From assembly GCA_050506795.1 (NCBI GenBank), contig JBJHCF010000007.1, forward strand, positions 58,837-122,836: a DNA stretch of 64,000 bases. Direction: 5' to 3'. Positions 30,689 to 38,405 of the stretch are shown one piece after another. The position numbers were made by a program, and so were the translations under genes. The notes beneath the pieces are model-generated. The model ran no database searches. It saw nothing but the letters and a program-made list of their open reading frames with translations, and was not told the DNA's origin. The number at the start of each line of letters is the position of its first letter. Within the stretch, counting starts at the first letter, position 1. This DNA comes from Opitutia bacterium. Lineage in GTDB: Bacteria; Verrucomicrobiota; Verrucomicrobiia; Opitutales; T3Sed10-336.

Positions 30689-30760
30689 GGCCTTTTCATT
30701 CGACGGCTGTCAGCCGCATGAAAAGGCATTTGAAATCGAAAATTTGAGATTTGAAATAAA
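30689..30760 (+). repeat. Dispersed hairpin+heptamer repeat, copy 1
   Basis: GGCCTTTTCAT-18nt-ATGAAAAGGC followed by ATTTGAA ATCGAAA ATTTGAG ATTTGAA; aligns without gaps to 45341-45409 and rc 58235-58306. Confidence 0.85.
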
Positions 30761-30812
30761 CGAATGAACTTGAACGAGATATGCGCTAGAGCATTGCTGG
30801 ACTGTGAAGGTT

Positions 30813-30900
30813 CTCACACGGAGCTTACGGAGCCGGGTCCAGTAGAAATCTCCGTGTCTCTCGCCGGCCTGAGCTCGTCGAGGGCATGCCTCCGTGTGAG
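30813..30900. repeat. Nonamer-unit inverted repeat with an interrupted right arm
   Basis: CTCACACGGAG CTTACGGAG ... CTCCGTG-[~30 nt]-CTCCGTGTGAG; the outer 11 bp are perfectly inverted. Confidence 0.7.
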
Positions 30901-31009
30901 CCCAATTTTCGCTGTATTTTTTGTTTCTTCAAACGATGAACCTCCTTAACCGTGCCATTCAGGTTACCCAAAACTTGCCCTTTCGTCCGGCTCGTATAAA
31001 AAGGCCCCG

Positions 31010-31426
31010 ATGAAATCGTATCGCAAAGAACTCTGGTTTCAGGCGGCACAACGGCGGGAACTGATCAATATCACCGGTCAAGTGGAAGACTGCCTGCGCG
31101 AAAGCGGTATCCGGGAGGGTCTCGCCCTGGTGAACGCGATGCACATCTCCGCCAGTGTTTTTGTCAATGACAACGAATCCGGCCTGCACGCCGACTTCGA
31201 ACGCTGGCTGGAAAAACTCGCCCCGGAAAAACCCCATTCCCAATACGCCCACAACAAAGGGGAAGACAACGCCGACGCCCACCTCAAACGCACCATCATG
31301 GGCCGGGAAGTCGTGGTCGCGGTGACCAAAGGCCAACTCGACTTCGGTCCCTGGGAGCAGATTTTCTATGGCGAATTCGACGGTATGCGCCGGAAGCGTG
31401 TATTGGTAAAAATCATCGGAGAGTGA
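31010..31426 (+). CDS. yjbQ: YjbQ/UPF0047 family protein
   Basis: INIT, HISAS...[28 protein letters not shown]. Confidence 0.9.
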   Translation: MKSYRKELWFQAAQRRELINITGQVEDCLRESGIREGLALVNAMHISASVFVNDNESGLHADFERWLEKLAPEKPHSQYAHNKGEDNADAHLKRTIMGREVVVAVTKGQLDFGPWEQIFYGEFDGMRRKRVLVKIIGE

Positions 31427-31457
31427 CCTTCCCGATCCTGTAAAACCCGCAATCAAT

Positions 31458-31955
31458 ATGTACCAATCAATTCTTATCGCACTGCTCAGCATCAGCCTGA
31501 TGGCCTGCAATCACCGGGATTCCGGTCCCTCGGACGACAACTCTGCCGAATCGTCACCTCCCGAACCCGATGCCTCGGAGGGGGTGGTGGAGGCGGAGGA
31601 CGAACCCATCGCCGCCGAACTGCGGGCCGAGCCTGGGGAAATCGACTCCTCCGACCGGATCGAGGTGCGCGTGGTCAATCACGGCGAACGAACGCTGAAC
31701 TACGGGCGTCCCGTTCGGGTGGAGCGCTGGGACGGGGAAGCCTGGCGGGAAACCGAGGAATCGCTCAACGCCGCCTGGACCATGGAACTCCTCATCCTTG
31801 CGCCGGGTGAAACCGGGGTGGCACAGCCCTGGCCCTTTCTCGCCCAACAAAACGCCGAACCCGGGTGGTACCGCTTCACCAAGGAAGTCTACGCCGAAAC
31901 CTCCTCCGGCGACGCCACCCGACTGCTGGTCCGTGCCCGGGTCCGGGTCAAGTGA
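31458..31955 (+). CDS. Lipoprotein with probable Ig-like domain
   Basis: Lipobox LMAC after a hydrophobic stretch, acidic linker, beta-rich domain (V.N.G...YG...VERW.G..W...LAPGE...PGWYRF.KEV). Confidence 0.75.
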   Translation: MYQSILIALLSISLMACNHRDSGPSDDNSAESSPPEPDASEGVVEAEDEPIAAELRAEPGEIDSSDRIEVRVVNHGERTLNYGRPVRVERWDGEAWRETEESLNAAWTMELLILAPGETGVAQPWPFLAQQNAEPGWYRFTKEVYAETSSGDATRLLVRARVRVK

Positions 31956-32005
31956 GTCTGGAGTCAAAAAACGAAAAATTGTTGTAGTTGAGGCAAGTTT
32001 TTTGG

Positions 32006-32079
32006 CACCGCAGAGGTTGGAGGGTCACAGAGAAATCATTCGGAATGTCCTTCTCTGCGGTCTTCCGCTCTCTGCGGTG
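32006..32079. repeat. Nonamer-unit inverted repeat (gene-less hairpin) between convergent genes
   Basis: CACCGCAGAGGTTGGAGGGTCACAGAGAA / TTCTCTGCGGTCTTCCGCTCTCTGCGGTG; 22/29 Watson-Crick plus 5 G-U pairs. Confidence 0.75.
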
Positions 32080-32128
32080 TCCTTATTCCTGGCCTGAGGC
32101 TTCGCCTCGTTGCTGTCTGTCGGCGATC

Positions 32129-32545
32129 TTACGGATAGCGAAGCTCGACGATTTTCACTCCGGCCGGCTCGAAATCTTTTCGGTTGGTCGTGGCCACCGC
32201 AAGGCCGTAGTGGCGCGCCGTAGCAGCGAGCAGGCTGTCTTCGCAGGAAATGGTGCGATTGTTTCGTTTCAACTCGGAGAGCAAATGTTTCCATTCCACC
32301 AGAACGGTTTCGCTCAGGGGTAGAATCGCTTGCGCGAGAGAAACGCGAAGGTCGGACAACCACGTCTCCAACTTAATTCTGAGAGCCGGATCCTCCACGG
32401 TCTCAATGCCAAAAGAAAGCTCCGCCAGTGTGACTACCGATACAAAGCTTCGATCCTCGTGGGTACGCAGCCAACGAAGCATGGCCGCGGGTGGCCGGCG
32501 TTTACTTGACGCCGAAAGAACCCCCGTGTCCAACAGGTACTTCAT
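32129..32545 (-). CDS. vapC: VapC-type PIN-domain toxin
   Basis: MKYLLDTGVLS, SVVTLAEL..G, DSLLAATA, TTNRKDF; ATGA overlap with upstream antitoxin. Confidence 0.9.
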   Translation of the reverse strand: MKYLLDTGVLSASSKRRPPAAMLRWLRTHEDRSFVSVVTLAELSFGIETVEDPALRIKLETWLSDLRVSLAQAILPLSETVLVEWKHLLSELKRNNRTISCEDSLLAATARHYGLAVATTNRKDFEPAGVKIVELRYP

Positions 32546-32790
32546 CGAAAGGGAAGATGATGACGCTCCGGGGGAGGGATCTCGCCCGGACACTTTTTGA
32601 GGATCGCAGTCAACCCTTTCGCCCCCGTTTCCAGCTCGCGGATCGGCGTCAGTAACAAACTCTGCTCACCGTCGTCCACCTCAACCAAACGGACAGCCCC
32701 GCCCTTTCGCAAACCGGCTCGTTCACGCCAGGCTTTCGGCAACTGCGCCTGCCCTTTCACCGTCACGCTCATCACGTCCACCTTCTTCAT
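32542..32790 (-). CDS. AbrB/MazE-like antitoxin
   Basis: VTVKGQAQLPKAWRERAGL..G..V swapped-hairpin motif; directly upstream of the PIN toxin. Confidence 0.82.
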   Translation of the reverse strand: MKKVDVMSVTVKGQAQLPKAWRERAGLRKGGAVRLVEVDDGEQSLLLTPIRELETGAKGLTAILKKCPGEIPPPERHHLPFR

Positions 32791-33004
32791 AATAGTAATG
32801 AATCATTACTTCGGCCTCCTTGCAAGTGGAATTGCCGGCAGATCCTCCCGCGCCAGCGAGCGTGTTGCCTCAGGCATCTGATGAGGATTATGCGAAGTCC
32901 CGTGCCTGCCGGGAGAAGCCTAATCTACATTGATCTAGCGCCTTAACCGCCGTTCGGCTTAAACCAGCAAAAAACCCCACATAACCATGAGGGTCTCGGG
33001 GCGG

Positions 33005-33076
33005 TGCGGGCGGAGGGAGTCGAACCCTCGTCTCAAGCTTGGGAAGCTCACATAATAGCCGTTATACGACGCCCGC
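33005..33076 (-). tRNA. tRNA-Gly (CCC), CCA not encoded
   Basis: GCGGGCG acceptor stem, GTAT-AACGGCTA-TTAT D-arm, TGAGC-TT-CCC-AA-GCTTG anticodon arm, GAGGG-TTCGACT-CCCTC T-arm. Confidence 0.93.
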
Positions 33077-33236
33077 GGAAACCGAAATGCCCGGTCTTGA
33101 TCCCGATTAAAGCCAGGGACGCGGTGGAAGCAAGCAAGGATCGGTTTCTCCTCGCTCATTTTTTTTCTTTCCTTGTTCCCGGGAGTCCTTTTAGAAATCA
33201 GGAACCACCCTGAAAGCCAACCCCGATCCGCCCCAG

Positions 33237-36104
33237 GTGTCATCTCCGCGAACACTTTCCCCTACCTTCGTTCTCAGCGTTTTCCTGATTCTCCTCGCTG
33301 CGCTATCCGCCGGCACCGCAATGGCCGGCCTGAGGCTGGAATCGCTGGAATCCCTTCTGCACCGGGCCACGGAGGCCTTCGCTTCCGCGGACTATGAACG
33401 GGCCGCGCAGGAGTTTCGCAACATCGAGGCCGAATACGGAGAGGAACCGGTCACCCGGGAACCGCGTTTTCTCCGCCGAGTCCTGCCTCTGCGGGGCTAC
33501 GCGGAGCTGCGCGGCGGCGATCCCGCCAGGGCGGTGCTTCACTTCAAAAGTTATCTCGATACCTTCCACTCCGATCCCCGGCCCAACGCCTTCGTTCTCT
33601 ACCATCTGGCACTGGCCAAACGTAAAACCGGTCAACCGGAGGAAGCCCTGCATCGCTTCGGAGAATACATCGAATCCTACCCGAACCGGCCCGAAGCGGC
33701 GTTCGCCCTGATGCAACAGGTGGACATCCTCAATGAAAGCGGACGAGCCGAGGAGGCCCGGGAGCGGTTGGAGAGCTTCGGAGAAAGCGACGCCCCCGCA
33801 TCCCTGCGCGCCCAGGCCCGCCTCATGGCAATTCGCCAGGCCCGCGACGCGGGGGATATCGATACCGCCGCGACTTTCCTTTTGGACCATTCCTGGGATC
33901 CGGACGTCATCCCGGAAATCGCCTCGTTTACCGCCTTGGCCATGGAGATCGGAGATCACCTCCTTGAAACCGGCGAGGCCCGCGACGCCCTGCGCGTCTA
34001 CCAATTGGTGCTTCCCCGGCGCCGGCTCCTGGAACAACAACGCCGCCGACTGGAGGCCCTGCAGGATACCTCCGTATCCGTTGGTCCGATGCAACGTCGC
34101 CACCGCGACCGTCTGAGCCGTGGTCTGCAGGCCCTGGAGAACGCCCCGGATCACACCCCCTCCTGGACCTTTCGCCGAGGCCGGGCCTTCCTGCTGGCGA
34201 AACGTCCGCGCGAGGCCTGGTTGATTTTCGAAAGCCTGGCCCTCGATGAATCCCTGGAGCCCGGCCTCCGCGAACAGGCGCACTTCCACTGGATCCTGGC
34301 CGCTCACGAACTGCGCGATTGGGAGGAGGCCCTGACCATCGCCAGGAACTTCACCCGACGTTACGACGACGCCAACCTCGCGCCGCGCGCCTTCTATCTC
34401 ATCGCCGAAGCCCATAGCGAGCAGCGACGGCATCCCGAAGCCATCGAGGTCCTGACCGACCTGATCGAACGGTTTCCGGAACACTCCCTGGCCCCGCGTT
34501 GGGTTTTTACCCGCGGATTCAACCGGGCGGTACTTGAGCGCTTTTCCGCGGCACGGGGAGATTTCAGGATGGTCCGTGATACCTATCCGGAAAGCGGTCT
34601 CACCGCCCGCGCCGACCTCTGGCATGCCCTGACTTTTCTTTTCGAGCAGGACTACGAGCGGGCTTTGCGAGAATTCAACGATCTCGCACTCACCTACTCA
34701 GACCACGAGATCACCGGAGAAATCCTGTACCGGAGAGCCGCCACACTCCACTCCATGAACAATCTGACCGACGCCCTGGCCGAGGTGACCGCCTTCGTAT
34801 CCGATTTTCCCCTGCACGAACGGCACAGCGAAGCGTTGGCCCTGAAAGGGGATATCCTGATGACCGAAGGTCAACCCGATCGCGCCATTGCCGCCTTCTC
34901 CAACGTCCCGCCGGACGCCGGCGCCATGTACCCGTACGCGGTCTTTCAAATCGGACGGATCCACCGCGCACGCGGGGACTATAATATCCTGGCCAATCAT
35001 TTTCGCGCCTACCTCGAACGATCCGACGACGAGGCGCCGCCCCGCGTCAGCGAGGCCCTCTACTGGATCGGATGGGCTCACACCCGGCTCAACCGTCCCG
35101 AGATCGCCCTGCCTCTTTTCCTGGAAACCCTCGATCTCTTCGGTAATGACCGCGAAGCCGCGGAGATCGGAACCGTGCTCAACGCTTTGGCCGATCTCCA
35201 CCAGAGTCTCCCCTCTGAAGCGACCCTGCCGGAACGCCTGCCCGTCGGCGGACGAGTCCTGCTGGCGGCTTCCGATTTCTCCGATTGGCTCCGGATCGAG
35301 CGCCGAAACGCGTTGCGCGACGACAAGCCCACCTGGTACGCCCGACTGACCCTGGCCCTATCCGATGCCGAACGTTCCGCCGGACGACCCCATGCCGCGG
35401 ACCTGCTGCTGTTCGAACTCGCAACCGAGATCCCTCCTCAAGACCTTGACGCCACCGCGCTGGGCCGTGCCGGTCATCATCTCCGCGAGCGCGGTCTCGC
35501 GACCGGGGAGACACTCCTGCTTCACCTGTTGGAGGATTTTCCCGATGCTCCGGAGTCCGCATACGCTCATTACGGACTCGCACGCATCGCCCACCAGGCG
35601 GGAGACATGGAGAACGCCCTCCTCCACTTGCGACGTTTTCGCTCCCGATTTCCCGGACACTCTCTCGCGGTGGACGCCACCCTCCTTCACGCGGATCTGC
35701 AGGCGCTTTCAGGCGACACCCTTGCCGCGCGGGCGGCCTACGAGGAAGTGCTGCGCGACCGCCGCGCCAGGGGACGGCGCCACGCCAGGGCGCTTCGAGC
35801 GTTGGCTAAAATTTACCGCGACCAGGAAGAACCGGAAAAGGCGATCGCATACTACCAGCGCATCTACACCCTGTACCAGGCCTACCCGGAACTGGTCGTC
35901 GAAGCCTATCACGAAAGCGCCCTCCTCTTTGAACGCCTGGGCGATCTGCAAGCCGCCCGGGCCACTTTCCGGGAAATGTTTACCCACGAGACCAACGAGG
36001 GAGATCCGGAACGCTGGGCGGCCGCCCGGCAGGACCTGGAGCGACTTCAACGTGAACTCCCCCCGGATTCGGCGGGCACTTTGGAAAACGAATCCACGCC
36101 ATGA
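33237..36104 (+). CDS. Large secreted TPR-repeat protein (CpoB/BamD-like repeats)
   Basis: Signal peptide; many helical repeats ending YP/FP (YPNRPEA, FPEHSLA, YPESGL, FPLHER, FPDAPE, FPGHSL). Confidence 0.8.
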   Translation: MSSPRTLSPTFVLSVFLILLAALSAGTAMAGLRLESLESLLHRATEAFASADYERAAQEFRNIEAEYGEEPVTREPRFLRRVLPLRGYAELRGGDPARAVLHFKSYLDTFHSDPRPNAFVLYHLALAKRKTGQPEEALHRFGEYIESYPNRPEAAFALMQQVDILNESGRAEEARERLESFGESDAPASLRAQARLMAIRQARDAGDIDTAATFLLDHSWDPDVIPEIASFTALAMEIGDHLLETGEARDALRVYQLVLPRRRLLEQQRRRLEALQDTSVSVGPMQRRHRDRLSRGLQALENAPDHTPSWTFRRGRAFLLAKRPREAWLIFESLALDESLEPGLREQAHFHWILAAHELRDWEEALTIARNFTRRYDDANLAPRAFYLIAEAHSEQRRHPEAIEVLTDLIERFPEHSLAPRWVFTRGFNRAVLERFSAARGDFRMVRDTYPESGLTARADLWHALTFLFEQDYERALREFNDLALTYSDHEITGEILYRRAATLHSMNNLTDALAEVTAFVSDFPLHERHSEALALKGDILMTEGQPDRAIAAFSNVPPDAGAMYPYAVFQIGRIHRARGDYNILANHFRAYLERSDDEAPPRVSEALYWIGWAHTRLNRPEIALPLFLETLDLFGNDREAAEIGTVLNALADLHQSLPSEATLPERLPVGGRVLLAASDFSDWLRIERRNALRDDKPTWYARLTLALSDAERSAGRPHAADLLLFELATEIPPQDLDATALGRAGHHLRERGLATGETLLLHLLEDFPDAPESAYAHYGLARIAHQAGDMENALLHLRRFRSRFPGHSLAVDATLLHADLQALSGDTLAARAAYEEVLRDRRARGRRHARALRALAKIYRDQEEPEKAIAYYQRIYTLYQAYPELVVEAYHESALLFERLGDLQAARATFREMFTHETNEGDPERWAAARQDLERLQRELPPDSAGTLENESTP

Positions 36105-37105
36105 AACCCACCCCCAAACTTATTGATACCTCCACGGCGCTCCTGGTTTTATTTCTCCTGGTCGCACCAGCCCTTCCGGTCGTCTCCCGGTATCAAGAGC
36201 CGGCGACCGTAACCCTCGAAAACGGCCGGCAGTACACCGGAATCCTCGCCGGTCTGGCCGACGAGCGTCTGGCCTTGATTGTGCCGGACGGAGCAGGTGA
36301 AGCCGAATACCTCCTGCCAATCGAGCAGATCACGAAGGTGGATCTGCCCGATGAAGACCTCGCAACAAACGCACTGCTTCTGTACCAGGAAAACAACTAC
36401 GAGCAGGCAATTCCTCTGCTGGAAACAATCTATCGGAATCGCCTTCCCTACCTTGCACTTTTGGCCCCGAACCAGGAGACACCACTCGTCGCCCTGGTAA
36501 AACTATATTCGGCGACGGGAGCCCGACTCGACGCGGTCATCACCGCGCGTCGACTCAGTCGCGATATACGGAATCCGGCCCATCGCGAAGAACTGGCGGC
36601 CATCAAACTGACCGGATACCTTGACCTCGACTTGATTGAACGCGCCGTCTCCGACGGACGCGCCTGGTGTGCCCGGCAGGACCGGCATCCCGATTCCGCG
36701 CTGGGATGGTATGTGCTGGCTGAAGTCGCTTTGCGGGAGGAACGGCTCGAAGATGCCCTGTGGATTGCCCTGCAACCGATTGCGTTCTCATCGGCTTCCC
36801 CCATGTCGTACCTGGAAGCGGCCTATGCGGCAGCCCTCCGCGCCTACCAAAAGACGGGCGAAACGGACCTGGGAATCGAGCTCTACCGGGAAATGAGGGA
36901 CCGCGATTTGCCTCTTTCCGAACTCAGCCCCTCCGCCGGCGAAACGATCGCCTACTTCGCCGAGCTTTGGGAGGCGGAGAGACAGGCGTCCCCGAATGAG
37001 GAGGAAACCGGCCCGCTCCTTGATCCTCGTCCGCCGCGAGCGGACCTCAATCTGCCTCTGCGCGAAGTCCGCCGACTACTCCTCGCCTTGCCGGAGTTCG
37101 AATAA
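36101..37105 (+). CDS. Secreted hypothetical protein with TPR-like helices
   Basis: Hydrophobic N-terminus, small beta domain (VTLENGRQYTG), helical repeats; ATGA-coupled to the TPR gene. Confidence 0.65.
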   Translation: MKPTPKLIDTSTALLVLFLLVAPALPVVSRYQEPATVTLENGRQYTGILAGLADERLALIVPDGAGEAEYLLPIEQITKVDLPDEDLATNALLLYQENNYEQAIPLLETIYRNRLPYLALLAPNQETPLVALVKLYSATGARLDAVITARRLSRDIRNPAHREELAAIKLTGYLDLDLIERAVSDGRAWCARQDRHPDSALGWYVLAEVALREERLEDALWIALQPIAFSSASPMSYLEAAYAAALRAYQKTGETDLGIELYREMRDRDLPLSELSPSAGETIAYFAELWEAERQASPNEEETGPLLDPRPPRADLNLPLREVRRLLLALPEFE

Positions 37106-37146
37106 AACCCATCCAACAATCGACCCTTGCATCAACGCCAACCGCT

Positions 37147-37917
37147 ATGAAACCTACCTCGATTCGATTCCCCTTCCTGGCAACCCTCTTCCTCTCGGCA
37201 AGTTTACCGCTGCAGGCGGCCGACGCCGCGGCGACCGGCGGGCAGCTCAGTCTATGGAGCCTGCTGCAACAGGGAGGCTGGGCCATGTATCCTCTGGCGG
37301 CCTGTTCGATTGCCATGTTTTTCCTGATCTTTCACTGCGTCCGGGAAACCGCGCCGGCAAGGTTCATACCACCCAATGCCCTTCCCCACCTGGCATCGCT
37401 GCTGGAGTCGCGTCGCATCGAGGAAACCATGGCCCACCTGGATGCCACACCCGGCGCACTGTCCCGAGCGCTCCGTCCGGCATTGCAGAAAGCACGTCCC
37501 GACCTCGCCGATGCCGGCAAGGAACAGGTGGAATTCGCGCTGGCCGAAGCGCTCGAGCACGAGGAGAACGGAATCTCGCAATGGATCACCTACCTGAACG
37601 TGGTCGCCAGTGTCGCCCCCATGATCGGCCTGCTCGGCACGGTCAGCGGAATGATAGGGGCCTTTCAAACCATATCGCTTGGCGGCATGGGGCGTCCGGA
37701 GTTGCTCGCCGGCGACATCGGCCAGGCCCTGGTCACCACCGCCACCGGACTGACCATCGGTATTCCCGCGATGATCGCCTATTTCGTCCTGCGCAACCGC
37801 CTGGAAAACCGCATGCTCGAAACCACCCGCGGCGCCACCGAACTCATCGACACCCTGGCCGCCGGATACGCCTTCGAAGGAGAAGCCGAGGCACAGGAAG
37901 AAATCGAGCGGATTTGA
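37147..37917 (+). CDS. MotA/TolQ/ExbB proton-channel family protein
   Basis: QGGWAMYPL, APMIGLLGTVSGMIGAF, IGQALVTTATGL.IGIPA. Confidence 0.93.
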   Translation: MKPTSIRFPFLATLFLSASLPLQAADAAATGGQLSLWSLLQQGGWAMYPLAACSIAMFFLIFHCVRETAPARFIPPNALPHLASLLESRRIEETMAHLDATPGALSRALRPALQKARPDLADAGKEQVEFALAEALEHEENGISQWITYLNVVASVAPMIGLLGTVSGMIGAFQTISLGGMGRPELLAGDIGQALVTTATGLTIGIPAMIAYFVLRNRLENRMLETTRGATELIDTLAAGYAFEGEAEAQEEIERI

Positions 37918-37935
37918 TCCGAACGCCTAAAAAGA

Positions 37936-38343
37936 ATGAATCACCACGAAGAGCACAAAGTGCACGAAGAAATACAATTCGAAGCGCTTTCACACCGTGT
38001 GATCGGTTGCGCAATTGAAGTGCATCGCGTTCTTGGACCTGGCCTGCTGGAATCGTCCTACCAAAGATGCCTGAGTCATGAATTGGAACTAAAAGGGATC
38101 GAGCATCTGTGCGAAACACCACTTCCCATCGAATACAAAGAAACTTCCCTGGAATGCGGTTATCGCGTTGATTTATTGGTTGCCAATGCTCTGATCATCG
38201 AGCTGAAAAGCGTAAGGAAAATCGACCCCATTCACGAAGCCCAGATTCTGACCTACATGAAGTTATCCGGCGTTCGGACAGGACTTATTTTGAACTTCAA
38301 TGTATCGAAACTCAAAGAGGGAATAAAACGCTACGTCCTCTAA
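37936..38343 (+). CDS. GxxExxY protein (PD-(D/E)XK nuclease-like)
   Basis: LGPGLLESSYQ (GxxExxY), YRVDLLV..IIELKSV, HEAQILTY, GLILNF. Confidence 0.93.
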   Translation: MNHHEEHKVHEEIQFEALSHRVIGCAIEVHRVLGPGLLESSYQRCLSHELELKGIEHLCETPLPIEYKETSLECGYRVDLLVANALIIELKSVRKIDPIHEAQILTYMKLSGVRTGLILNFNVSKLKEGIKRYVL

Positions 38344-38381
38344 TCCCCTACTCTTCGTGCCCTTCGCGCTCTTCGTGGTGA
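37941..38381. mobile_element. Putative inverted-repeat-bounded GxxExxY element
   Basis: Arms 37941-37970 and 38352-38381 are 27/30 inverted-identical and made of 9-nt CACGAAGAG-like units. Confidence 0.55.
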
Positions 38382-38405
38382 AAACGAATCTGGGACCAGC
38401 CGGTC

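Noticed and set aside
30689-32079. Repeats considered as a CRISPR array
   Set aside because: No regularly spaced direct repeats with unique spacers, and no cas genes
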